Positions 49,604-62,486 are shown, counted from the whole stretch's first letter. The stretch is DNA of 63,720 nt, filler included, from Rozella allomycis CSF55 (GCA_000442015.1; 9 parts of 9 records of this genome joined end to end with filler, not necessarily neighbours in it); one strand, 5' to 3'. Notes: a model not told the origin generated them from the letters alone. Numbers and translations: made by a program.

Positions 49604-50942
49604 TTGAATTGTTTCTTTATGTCAAGAGCCATAGGAATGAGTATCCACCGATCACTCAGCAAAACACCTACGAAAAAGATAATAGAAACCAGTGTGAATG
49701 TGCGAGAAGCAGCCAAGAATATTGGCAAGGTGCAATTTCAATTTGCAGATATGAAAAATGTCATGGTAATTCAAAAGACCACTGACGATTCGTTGATACC
49801 ATTATCTATAGAACTTTGTAGCTGGCTGATAAATCAACATAAAGTGAATGTGTATATGGATTCTACGTTAAAGAATGACTTTGAGAGTTCATTGAAGTTT
49901 AAGGACTTGATGGTCGATGACAAGGTTCGCTATTGGAATCAAGATAGTACAATAAATCTAGCAGATGTAATCGACTTGATTATTACACTGGGTGGAGACG
50001 GCACTGGTAATTTATGGTCTTGAATAACAATAGTGTTGCATGCCGCTTGGCTGTTTCAAAAATTTGTACCGCCAATTTTGCCATTTCATTTTGGTTCTTT
50101 GGGATTTTTAACTTGCTTTTCTTTTGCTGATTACAAGAATAATTTGAAGAGGTTGGTAGAAGAAGGGTCCAGATTCAATTTGCGCATGCGATTCGAATGC
50201 ACAATTTATCGATATAATCCAAAGCATTCTACTAATATTGATGAAGATAGTACATGTAGACCGTGTAGAAAATCATTGTCTTTAAAATCACCAACAGATA
50301 GGTTTCTGGATGAATTGCTGCAAGTAGATTTGGATGAGGTTGATAATCCCGATTGTTATAAAGTGGAAAATACACTGCAAGTTTTAAATGAGGTCATGAT
50401 AGATCGTGGACCTTCTTCTTATATGTCGATTTTGGAATTATATGGAAACCTGCGCCATTTGACGACAGTTCAGGCAGATGGATTAGCGATAGCGACTCCT
50501 ACAGGCTCTACGGCGTATTCAGTATAAATTAAATTTACTTGATATAAAGTTATCAGCGGGTGGATCTATTGTTCATCCAGAGGTGCCTGCAATGTTGGTG
50601 ACTCCCATTTGCCCTCACACGCTTTCATTTAGGCCTATGCTTTTACCAGATTCCATGGAGCTCCGCGTTCAAATACCGCCTGATAGCAGGAACAGAGCAT
50701 GGGTAATTTTTGGTGTTTGATTGAATTAGGTTTGTTTTGATGGACGTAATCGAGTGGAATTAAGACAAGGAGACTATATATCAATTGTTGCATCAAAATA
50801 TCCGGTGCCTACACTATGCTTGGAAGATCAAACATCAGATTGGTTTCATTCTTTGATCAGGTGTTTGAAATGGAACCAAAGAGAAAGACAACGACCATTT
50901 TTTGTTAACAGTGAATCAAATTCGCCGAATCCATATTCTTGA
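49604..50942 (+). CDS. NADK: ATP-NAD kinase (Utr1/Yef1-like), multi-exon
   Basis: [69 protein letters not shown]; true start may lie further upstream. Confidence 0.93.
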
Positions 50943-50983
50943 TATTTGAAATAAATGATAAATAATTTATTCTTGAAAATTTA

Positions 50984-53163
50984 TTACTGCTGAAAGGCGC
51001 CGCCAACCAACATGACATTTTTGTTTGTATATTGAACACAATACACTGGAGTTTGTTTGGTATGAAATATCTTTAATGGAGTTATTCTTAAATAACAAAG
51101 AAATAATTCTTATACCTTTCTTCTTCTCTCTTGACATCCCAAATACAAACCTGACTATCCGCGCCTCCTGATGTCAAAAGATTTCCACATTTTGAAAAAT
51201 CAATAGTATAAATCATTCCATGGTGACCATCTAAGGTTTTAACTTTTCTTCCTGTATTTAAATCCCATAGAATGACGATTCTGTCATCGCTAGCAGTAGC
51301 CAACAACTTGCCATCAGGTGAAAAGGTTAAAGCTCTGATTGTATCTGAATGGCCAGAAAATATACGAACACATTCCCCATTGGAAATGTCCCATAACCTG
51401 GCTGTTTTATCGCTTGAGCCTGTTGCTACATAGTTTGAGTTTGGATGGAACTGAACACAATCTACATCAGATAAATGCCCAGCGAATATTCTTAAAGGTT
51501 GGACTGTTTCAACACTCCATAATCTTGCTGTGCGATCATTAGAACCTGAAACAAAATAATGACCGTTTGGACTAAACTTGACATCCCAGACAGGATAGTT
51601 ATGACCTTTATAGACAACAACGTTAGAAAACAAATCCAGACTCCATAAACGGATAGTTCCATCTTGAGAACATGATAAAAGAAATCTATTGTCAAAAGAG
51701 AAATCAGTAGCGTAAACTGGTCCAGAATGCCCAATCAATCTTTTTGAATCTGACCCTTCCGTTTCTTTGAATTGATCCAAATCCACAACTTTATGTTAGC
51801 TTCAATGTTATTTTACCCTCATCAACGCCAATCAATCCTATTTCTGCGCTAGTTTTCAATCCTTTCAATTTCTTATTGGTTAAACTCGTAATTTCAATGT
51901 AAGAATCAGAATATCCAGCGGCTATCAGTGTCGAGTTAGAAGAAAAGGAAACGCAATTAAGTGATTCATAAGTGTTGTAAAAAGTGAAGCAACAGGCCGA
52001 GGGAAGAATAGATGGCCCCAATGGAACTCTTGATCTTATATCAGTTATCTTTTGAACTTCTTTCATCACATCGCTTTTCTTTCTATATTAAATCAACTAC
52101 ATGTTGTCTACATGTTAGGCAAAGGAATTCGATCTCTAGCTGGAGAATCGTCTGTTACATTCACTTTAAGTGTTTGCTTCATATCTTCAATGACTTTCAA
52201 GACATCTTCCAGTTGCTATTACCAAACTAAAATTTATTTTACATGCCCAGATTTCATAAATTCTTGTTTGAGAATTCTGTCAACTAGATCAACCATTGAA
52301 GGATCATGGGGAAGTGATCCCCAGTAGACTTTTTCCAACTGCTCATCTTTCCTCGTTGAAAAGCCATCCTCTTCTTCCATAGCCCTTGGATTTCCTGCAT
52401 AAACTATCAATCAAACCATTAAATGCAACTAACCCTTTAAATTCAAGTATTGGTTGACCAATTTTAAAAGATTCAATAAATCATTTTCTTGCAGAAAGGA
52501 AATAAATAATTCAAATCCATATTGGCAGATAGAAATAGAATATTTGTTTAATCTAAAACTTTGAGCAAATTCGTTTTCTTGCAAATGAAGTTTATCAGTT
52601 ATTGCAATCAGTCTCTGCAGTTCGTGTTTATGGTTTAATTGATGGTCCGCATAATACGTATCGTAAAATATTTTTCCTTTGACAGCGTTGTAGTAAACTT
52701 ACCTTGTGGAGAACACTTTTGGGCAACTAGCTCTAAATAGCAATGCACAAACAATGGAAACAAGATCTTTAACAACTCTGGCTTGTATAAATCAAGCGAT
52801 AGATTAAAACGTTCTTAAGCAACATATGCTCAGTAACGGACCAATGCTTTGAATTTATCTATTCATAGAGCGGGATCAATTGCCTTCTTAATGTGTTAGA
52901 ATGTGAGAATAGCAAAATATCCTCTCGAATGGAAATTTACGAAATGAAACTATAAATTNATCTTCTATCCATCTTTTCAATTTTCCATAACTTTCAACAT
53001 AGTCCAATGTTGCTTTAGACACTAGCTCTAGGTCTTGCTTAGACAGGTTTGATAACAAGACAGCAGTGTTCAAGTTGGCTTCTTTTTGTAACGATGATTT
53101 TGCCTGTTGGTATCCTTTCATGTTTAAATAAGTCAAAACTATTCTATCAACTTCCTGACTCAT
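50984..53163 (-). CDS. TAF5: TFIID subunit TAF5 (LisH, NTD2, WD40), multi-exon
   Basis: IVLTYLNMKGY (LisH), SLDLYKPEL..LFPLFVHCYLEL, LPSACCFTF, LIGHSGPVY, GHNYPVWDV, RIFAGHLSDVDCVQFHPNSNYVATGSSDKTARLWD, TKQTPVY. Confidence 0.96.
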
Positions 53164-54043
53164 CTTCAAAACTGTGGCTAAGTCCTCAAAAAGTTAGGCA
53201 AACATTAAGTATATGCTTGAGATTCTGAGAACTTTGAAAATTAGAACGTTCACTTCACAGAATCGGTTAACTGAAATGATCACCTTTCATTCTGTATGTA
53301 GAGAGGTTAAGAGTATTTATCATTAATTAAACAATAATGCTTAAAGTATTTAACAATTTACAATAACAATACCAACATGTAATAAACTAATGGATCATTT
53401 ATTGAGCATTTGATGGTCACCACAGTTGCATGACCAATCCCCTACATTCGAAATATATCCATTCAAAACTGTTAAATGATGCTTAACAAGTTAACAACGT
53501 GACATTTTGAACACGGATCAAAGATAGCCTTTTGTGAGCACTCATTCTTATGATTCATAGGATAACATTGCGCCAACAAATCCTCTCTTTTCTTGACATT
53601 CCAGAGAACTCTTTTCACTTTTGCATACACAATTCAATCATACTCAACTTTTATAATACATATTTCCTTTTTTGCCACTTTCTCTGCAACCACAGCGCGG
53701 ACACTTTCCAAGAACGCAAATGGGCCTTTTGACTTTTCCTCCATAAAATAGTATACTGTTATCCCAAATGCGACACTTATATCACAATCCAGGAATGACA
53801 TTATATTAGGTTTGTATTCCTTTTGGTTGTTTTGAAGGCCTACACATTCAAAGTCCCAAACCCCGCTGCCGCCATCAGTACTGACACGAACTGTAATCTT
53901 TTAAGGCACGTGCACTTCTCCTTAGTCTTGTAATCCACAAGCAATTCGTGACCTTTCAATGCAAACTTCTTAGACACTATGTTTTCAGAAAACAGATAGG
54001 TCATGATAAAGAATCTATTTAAGGGCTTAGTAATTAGTATTTA

Positions 54044-55289
54044 CTAGCGGTTGTACTCGCTTCGCTCGCATTAAAAATAGATTAATTANGTTGCGCTTAA
54101 CTAACAACATTTTGTTTCTAGCTTTTGTCTTCGCTTCGCTTTCATTAATAGATTTAAGTACATCCGGGTTCGCGCGCTAGTTATAGCACATTCAGCCTCT
54201 GGCTCGTACGCCATTGTCCATAGTTATGGTTTGTGCTCACTTCACTCGCTGTNTGACCTATGCATCTTATGATTTTGCAATTTGATATGCTATACTCCAT
54301 ATTTGCGCTAAACTAAAAACATTTTGCTTCTAGCTTTTGTCTTTGCTTCGCTACATTAATAGATTTAAGTACATCCGCGTTCGCGCGCTAGTTACTCTGG
54401 CTCGTACGCCATTGTCCATAGTTATGGTTTGTGCTCACTTCACTNAGCTCAGACGACAACGCTCGCTTTCATATTGAAAAAAATGCTTTTTATAGACTAT
54501 TGCCTTGAAGCAAAGACGTGACAATGAAAATAAAACACTCATGAAAGGTTCAATTCTATTCTTGACAACCNGACGTTTTCGATATTTTTTCACATTGATG
54601 AAACCGATTCAGTGGATTCACCGATACTATAATTGAAAAAGTGCTTTTTATAGATTGCCTTGAAGCAAAGGCGTGACTAACNCACCCATGCTATCGTTAT
54701 AGACCCTCTCTGGGTCAGGAATGACAGCGTTGTCTATTTACCCATTGTATTGACTATTTTATACACATCCAAAACCCTTAAAGAGTATTTTAGGCTCAGA
54801 AGACAACGTATTAGCATTCACATTCAAAATAAAAAATACTACTCATTGTTGGCATCATGATAGGTTCATCTATATTATTGACAACCAATCACCAATTCAC
54901 CATGGCAACTCTGCTATTAGTATTACAGACTAGCTGTTGTACTCGCTTCGCTCGCATTAAAAATAGAAGAATTAATCGTTTGACGTTTTCGATATTTTTT
55001 CACATTGATGAAACCGATTCAGTGGATTCACCGATACTATAATTGAAAAAGTGCTTTTTATAGATTGCCTTGAAGCAAAGGCGTGACTAACAAAGAAAAT
55101 ATTGTCTATTTAGGCACTAAGACTTAAGAGTAGTAGCTCAGACGACAACGCTCGCTTTCATATTGAAAAAAATGCTTTTTATAGACTATTGCCTTGAAGC
55201 AAAGACGTGACAATGAAAATAAAACACTCATGAAAGGTTCAATTCTATTCTTGACAACCTCCATGGCAACTCCGCTTTTGTATTACAGA
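54044..55289 (-). mobile_element. Non-autonomous Helitron, tandem head-to-tail dimer
   Basis: Minus strand reads A|TCTGTAATAC...GCGAGCGAAGCGAGTACAACAGCTAG|TCTGTAATAC...GCGAGCGAAGCGAGTACAACCGCTAG|T: TC 5' ends, GCGAAGC hairpin plus CTAG 3' ends, A/T target; interior broken by Ns. Confidence 0.7.
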
Positions 55290-55734
55290 TATACCCAGGT
55301 TCGCGCGCTAGAGAATATTGTTTATTTGCATAATGCACATTCCAACTGGCCCGACTCAGCTTCATAGAAGGTGAATGAATGGTGATCAAGTCTATTGTTC
55401 ACAACTGCCTTCGCTCACACTAAAAAAGGGATTGTGTTTTTATTCTAGGGATCTACTCATAGATCGCATATTTCAATCAGTGCGTCCGGGTTCGCATGCC
55501 ATTGTCCATGGTTGATCCACATCCGAGATTCCGAAACGCTTAAACAGAAGTTTAGGCTTAGGTGACATCGTATAAGCAATCAAAATAGAAAATACCAGTT
55601 ATTATTGGCATCATGCAGTTCAATTCTATTCTTGACAACCAATTGCCATGGCAACTCCGCTTTTAGGAATGCTTATACGACGTTGTCTGAGCGCGGATGT
55701 GGATAATATAATAGTCAATACAACTGGTTACAGA

Positions 55735-55899
55735 CAATGCTTCGCTTTGTTAGTTGTTAATCTCGCCTTATCCTCAGGAAAATAGTCTATAAAGAATTCG
55801 TAAAACCTCAGGCGGGAAAAACAATGCTTCGCTTTGTTAGTTGTTAATCTCGCCTTATCCTCAGGAAAATAGTCTATAAAGAATTCGTAAAACCTCAGG
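55735..55899. repeat. Tandem duplication of an ~87-bp unit
   Basis: CAATGCTTCGCTTTGTTAG...CGTAAAACCTCAGG occurs twice with no N between copies. Confidence 0.85.
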
Positions 55900-55904
55900 T
55901 GGGA

Positions 55905-55940
55905 ACAAGTCTCGTAGTGCTCGTTAAATCGGACGGGGAG
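55905..55940 (-). mobile_element. Helentron/HINE-like 3' terminus copy
   Basis: One substitution relative to positions 1-37. Confidence 0.6.
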
Positions 55941-56330
55941 GTATTCTATGATGATTGGTGGGAATAAGGGTTTTTGAATTATTATATTCATGAATAATTG
56001 TTATTTTGAATAGGAGAAAGGCAATTTGTAAATAAAATTGCACTATATTCCTATCTGTTCATTGTGTTCAAATATAAATTCCCTCTATTTGTAATTGATA
56101 ACGTTTTAGGAAACATGCTAGTATTGGTTTCAATGNATAAAATTGCACTATATTCCTATCTTTTCATTGTGTTCGAAAATATATTCTCTTTATTTGTAAT
56201 TGATAACGTTTTAGGAAACATGCTAGTATTGGTTTCAATGAATACCTTTAAAATAATTATCATCAACAACAACTATGCTCTAACCCACAAATGTTGCATG
56301 TTTAAAATATTATCCACGCATCCAGCTATT

Positions 56331-56635
56331 GGAAGGGGGTGATGTCGGGTAATACGGACATTAATGTCCTAATAAGGGTCCTAATATACTACCAGTTGTC
56401 ATTAAGATAATTATGACCTGCATCCAGTGAGTACATAGAGTCTAAAATTACACTAAACCTACACATAGATCATAATCATGGTTATTGACGATAACGCGTT
56501 CAATCAGGTAATCGTCGTCTGTGGAAAATGAAGTGTCGCAACGACTCGACTTTTACAACGAAACTGCAAAAACTTATTCGTTCCTATTCCAGACATTACC
56601 CTTTTTAACTTGCTGCCGTTCCATCTTAGTTGACA
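56331..56635 (+). mobile_element. Polypurine tract plus candidate LTR (56343-56635)
   Basis: GGAAGGGGGTGA directly followed by TGTC...; ends ...TGACA about 290 bp later. Confidence 0.45.
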
Positions 56636-57759
56636 AGGTATTTTGCCAGAATCATGACAACCCCAAAGGCTTCAAAAAGACAAACAGACACACAGACCGA
56701 CAAACATACACACAGACAGAAAAGCTAAAGTTTTTTGCCAGAATCATGATGCCCTCAAGGCATCAAAAAGGCAAACAGTCACACAAACTGACAGACAACC
56801 CCCAGGCATCAAAATCAAGAATAATAAACCCTGCTCCTAACACTGAATTTCTGAAAGTTCTTCAATGTATTTATCCTATTTTTTAATCGCAGCAAAATTA
56901 AGATGAACTCTTATGTTTCCTGCTGCCTTTCCTAGGTTGGATGAGGTAAACCAGAGACAAAAGACACATCAAAAGCAGTAATCTAAAGTATTTGTTTATG
57001 TTTTATTACTTTAAATGTAAAATAATCGGAAATTGCAAGTGCCAAGCAATGTGGAAACTTCGCATTCCTTTATCGTATCAANAGCAACCAGTTCAATAAT
57101 CAAACATCAGGAAAACAAGTTGCCGCCAGTTTAATAATCAAACATCTGGTAAACGTCAGCTCAATATCAGTGCTCTTTTCAGTCTATTGTATACCTTTCC
57201 CACTTATGTGGGTTTTAATGGCTACTAGATTCAGGAATGACACCCTTCGCCAGGGAAATCTAAATCCAACATACATTCAGAGGCAAATCAATTTCAAACC
57301 AGCGGTGACAAGTTATAGGCTTTAGAAAATCATAGTAGAAACACTTCAAAATACTTTCATGAGCAAATTTATTCCACGTTCACAATGTGTTGAAGCTAAA
57401 TATAAATAGCCAAGTCTAGAACTTCCTTATCGGGACCTATAAATTTACAATTGATAAATAAACCCCTGTCCATTCTTCAGTAGTCTTTCTTACTTTATTT
57501 TAACACGTTATCAGCACTTATTAGCACTGTTTCACTGAGAAGAGCACCAGGCAGCTACCGGCTAAGCGTCAAGGTTCTGGAAAACCGAAGACACCAGTCC
57601 AACATCAAGCTTCTGGAAAACAAGTCTGGCTATCAATCGTTTAAAATCAGAGCTTTTCTCGATACGCACAGGAATGGACCTCAGCAAGTTTAATAATCAA
57701 ACACCTGGGAAACAAGCAGCAACCAGTTCAATATCAAGCATNTCAAATATTGACCATAA

Positions 57760-58760
57760 AATTCTCTTTTGTAGCTTCATCTTAAAAAGTTAAAGATGCT
57801 TTTGGATTGGTAGCTATTCTTTTTAGATCACCCGGTCGAATCTTAATTTCTTCCAGATTTTTCCACGCAGTCACTTCTAATTTTAAAGCATCACATTCAA
57901 TTACATATTCTTAGTTATTCAAAACAATCGATTCACATATTTGATCAGGCAAAGCTCTACTTGAATTGTAAGAAACAATTTGCTTGTGCAGATTTGATTT
58001 CGCGTCCTTTAAGACGGCTTTAGAATAACTTAAAGCTACTTGTCCTAATTTAGTATCTAGCTTAATGTATGCCGATTTAATGCGGACTGCAGTCATTCTT
58101 ATTTGCTCTACCATGTCTTGCGATAATCCTTGTCTCAAGGCGTTCATGGCGCGTTGCTAAAACTTCAGCCGCAACATCTTTGTAATTACTTAAATTATTA
58201 AAAGTTATAAAGTTTGCGTTGTATGGGAATGTCAAATTGATCGACAATTACCTTCCATATTGTTTCACACGTCTCATATTACGCACATGCAATGAACCAT
58301 GACTGTTACAGAAAACGGGATTTAATAGGGCAATTCGCAGGTTCATGACAGTCAAAGATAGAACATTTTCTACCGCTGCATGGTTTACATCTTATGATTG
58401 TTTTTAGCTGGCTTGATTTGCCTTTAATTATGGTCCTCGCATTCAGTTATCAGTACTCTCATTATCATATAATTTTTCAGCAAGCTCATAATCAAAATTG
58501 TTATTGTCGTAAAGCATTTGCTCATTCAGTGGTTCTGTTTTGATCCTGTTTTTGTAGTTTTCAAATGCATGTTGCCATTCGGGAAGCATGGATGAGTACT
58601 TCGAAATTTTTTTGGCTCTAGGTTTCAGTTTTTTAGCCCACTTTGATAGGTAACCCATATTTGAACTTGGATTTTTCCGAAAAAAAAGTGTAGCAAGACA
58701 AAAGATCATTTATNATTTGAACTTGGATTTTTCCGAAAAAAAAGTGTAGCAAGACAAAAG
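57760..58760 (-). pseudogene. Degenerate ORF, possibly a DNA-transposon transposase remnant
   Basis: Chain of frameshifted ORFs (57911-58147, 58443-58709) in a TE-rich contig; family not recognised. Confidence 0.3.
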
Positions 58761-58953
58761 ATCATTTATTGAAATTTTTTGAATGAATATTTGGCAGAAC
58801 AAGTATACAAGATAAAAGATCCTTTATTGAAATTTATTAAATGAATCTTTGGCNNNNNNNNNNNNNNNNNNNNNNNNNNNNNNNNNNNNNNNNNNNNTTA
58901 ATTAATTAANNNNNNNNNNNNNNNNNNNNNNNNNNNNNNNNNNNNNNNNNNNN

Positions 58954-61060
58954 ACAGAACAGAACAGGAAGACAACAACATTCATACAAGACATCATATG
59001 AAATTTATCATAATCAAAAGCCCGATATATCAATTTTAGAAAATATAGTTCTGAATCATTTGTATATATACCGCAATCTCAGAGACATAAGTTGGACTAT
59101 CACTCAGTGAAATGCAAGCTAGTAGGTTATGACTTAAANAATGGGAATTAATCATGCGCTCACTTCACCCCTCACCCCTGAACAAAATAGTAAGGCCGAA
59201 AGGAAAAATCGCACATTAATGGAAGCTTGTTTAGCAATTAGGCATTCTGGGAATTTAGCTCCATCAATGTGGGGGGAAGCAATTATGGCGCGGCAAACTA
59301 CATACAGAACAGAACAGGAAGACAACAACATTCATACAAGACATCATATGAAATTTATCATAATCAAAAGCCCGATATATCAATTTTAGAAAATATAGTT
59401 CTGAATCATTTGTATATATACCGCAATCTCAGAGACATAAGTTGGACTATCACTCAGTGAAATGCAAGATAGTAGGTTATGACTTAAATTCAAAAGCATG
59501 GCGCTTTAATGTAATTGGCACTAAACAAATAATTATCTCAACACATGCAGTGTTCAACGATATTAAGAAAGAATATATCACACTACAAGAAAATCCTAAA
59601 CCAATCAATCAACCAAACCAAATCAAAGAACAATTACGACAAGACATAAACCAAAAAACACAACAACAAATTAATCACAAATTTAAACAAAACAAGAACC
59701 GATAAACTGATGATGAAAGAGAAGAATTTTTCACACCAGGGAAACCACAGCAGAAAGCCCCATTAATTCCAAATGTCAATATTAGAGAACAGCTAACGAG
59801 AGCNGAAATAGAAAAAAGTGAATATGTTGGAAACAATAAGTTATAAGATAATTAATTTTCAACATGAAAAGTTCTATTATGCATGTATTGCTGCTGCCGA
59901 TGGACCATCTAACTATAAGGAAGCCATTAGAAGTGATGAGAAGGATAAATGGATTCAAGCCATGAAAAGAGAATATGAATATTTAATGAACAATAAAACA
60001 TGGACATTAGTTGATTTGCCTAAAGGTAGAAAAGCCGTTAAATCAAGATGGGTCTTTAAGAAGAAAGAGAATAAACACGGCCAAGTCAGTCGATATATGG
60101 CAAGATTAGTTCTAAACGGATTTACGCAGAAATTTGGCATTGATTATTATGAAAAATTTAGTCCAGTAGTCAATATGAATTCGGTGAGAATATTTTTATC
60201 TTTGGTAGCACAATGTGATCGTCACACTAGACCATTGGACATTTCAACTGCAATTTTGAACAGTGAGATGGATTGTGAATTATTCCTGGAACAACTAGAA
60301 GGTTTTGTTGAACAAGGAAAAGACGAAAAAATTTGCTTATTATTAAAATCGTTGTATGGTGCTCAACAATCAGGAAGAAATTAAAACAAATGCTTGCATG
60401 AAGTTTAGTAGATGTTGGATTCAAGCAGACTCAATCTGACTGGGGAGTGTATACTTGTAATGAACGAAACGAATTAATTATATTAATTGTATATGTCGAT
60501 GATATTTTAATTGGATCAAGAAGTGAGAGAAAGCTTCATGATGTGATATCTCATTTAGAAGAGTTTTAAAATTGGTTCGAACACGTATATAAATTGGTTC
60601 TTAGGAATAAAAATGGAAAGCAAAAAAGAATTAAAAAAATTTTATTTGAGTCAAACTGCTTACATTGAAAAGATTGTGAAGGATTTCTAATTGGACGAAG
60701 CGAATGTCATAGCTACTCCGTTCGAAGCAGGAAAGAAATATTCAAAGTCTTTTTGTCCAGTGATTAATAGTGACGAAAATTACGAAATGCAGCATGTGCC
60801 TTATAGACGAGCTGTTGGACGTTTGTTATGCATTTCAAGATGTACTCGCCTTGATATTGCTTATGCCGTAGGTGTCGCCTCCAGATACTTGATCAATCCA
60901 GGTAAGGAACATGAGACACTTTGCAGAGAATTATAAGGTATTTGAAAGGCACTAAACANCAATCCAGGTAAGGAACATGAGACACTTTGCAGAGAATTAT
61001 AAGGTATTTGAAAGGCACTAAACATGAAGTGTTACGTTTTAGGTGTGACAACTTAGCCAA
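58954..61060 (+). mobile_element. Decayed Ty1/copia pol (integrase, RT)
   Basis: TPEQNSKAERKNRTL, PSNYKEA..W..AM..E, KAVKSRWVFKKK, RLVLNGFTQKFGIDY, LLKSLYGAQQS, IVYVDDILI, PYRRAVGRL. Confidence 0.92.
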
Positions 61061-61260
61061 GCAAAAACAGACAAGAAAATGACGTCTTTCAACAAACTAG
61101 AAAGCTCTGGTTCCCGAGCCTCACGCTTCCGCGCAAACAACCTAACATCAAATACTATCCNNNNNNNNNNNNNNNNNNNNNNNNNNNNNNNNNNNNNNNN
61201 NNNNTTAATTAATTAANNNNNNNNNNNNNNNNNNNNNNNNNNNNNNNNNNNNNNNNNNNN

Positions 61261-62385
61261 GGATCTCTATTCTGATACTAATTATAGAAAGGATACTATT
61301 AGGATACTATTTATAGAAAGGACAAACATATAAAACTCATCGTTTTACTCTTTTCTTTTTCGGTTTACTATCCAATTTATGAAGATACTATAAACGCATG
61401 GAGCGACATTTTTTGGATTGAAGAAGAAAATTGGGCAAGTAAGAGAAATTACTTTAAAGTGGGTTACTGAAAGAGGAATTTCCGAATCTCTTATAAGCCC
61501 TAGTAGGGTACAGTAGACAAACGATGGATGAAAACATGTCCAACAACAGTTGTTCGCTCGAAGGTCCGGTACAGCAAGCACCAACTGCACCAGCGGATAA
61601 AGAACCTATTCAACCCATTGCGGAAGACGCCATGGACACCGACTCTTTGGATGAAATCGATTATGATGAGGACGTTGGGGATATCACTCCTCCCGAGATT
61701 GACACCTCAAACGTAATTGAGAGCCACGGAACATAATTGGGGGGGGGTTAAACAATACGCAAGCTGCACTTGCAGCTGGTCGTCTGGCCGAGGGCCCGTC
61801 AGAGTCCGTGGACAGAGACATCGACGCCCTGCACGAAGCAATTACTCAAAGCACGAGGATTCTCGAGATATTAGATAATTTTCCGGCGTCAAGAAATAAC
61901 GAAGGTTCTGCACCTATCTCCACTGNACGAAGGTTCTGCACCTATCTCCACTGTGATTGCTCAGGTTCCAGCCACCGAGCAAAAGACCAGAAGGTTATTT
62001 CTGCAGTTCACAAGTTGTATGCTAAGATGGATTTAAAACCTTCCGATCTCAAGAACATTGAGGAGTACTTTCAAAGGTTTGAAAGAATCTTTAAGGATAA
62101 CAATTTGACTCCGGAACAAACCAAACACCTTCTTCGACTCTTTGCTCATAATAAAGAATCCGTTGCTCAATGGTTAACTAGACATAATGAATTGAATCCT
62201 CTCTGCAGCTGGGATATCCTAAAGAACGATCTATTGAAAGTATTGAAAGATTTCCTCTCTCCTTACTAGATATCAGAAAATTTCCGTCTCTAAAATCTTC
62301 AAGATCCAGTACTATCATGGAGAAACAGTTCCGGAGTTCATCGGGGATTTCAAGACCTTATGGCGGAGAACAACATTGCGAACAC
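61261..62385 (+). mobile_element. Probable LTR end and gag fragment of a Ty3/gypsy element
   Basis: Noncoding stretch ending CGACA at 61408, then a gag-like ORF (IEEYFQRFE..W..SWDILK..F; ETVPEF..DF). Confidence 0.5.
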
Positions 62386-62486
62386 NNNNNNNNNNNNNNN
62401 NNNNNNNNNNNNNNNNNNNNNNNNNNNNNTTAATTAATTAANNNNNNNNNNNNNNNNNNNNNNNNNNNNNNNNNNNNNNNNNNNNA

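Noticed and set aside
746-52327. Numerous 60-190 aa ORFs antisense to identified genes (e.g. 16777-17346, 7386-7679, 20712-21032)
   Set aside because: Shadow ORFs of real coding sequence on the opposite strand
53450-54005. Small GTPase-like or Zn-finger relic on the minus strand (VWDF.., ECSQK, CPRCG in different frames)
   Set aside because: Motifs are weak and in inconsistent frames, with no P-loop; not supportable
1-55940. 37-bp repeat read as a CRISPR direct repeat
   Set aside because: Copies are dispersed kilobases apart with no regular spacers or cas genes, in a eukaryotic context; fits a transposon terminus
22913-62486. TTAATTAATTAA palindromes inside N runs
   Set aside because: Artificial contig linkers; adjacency across them has no biological meaning
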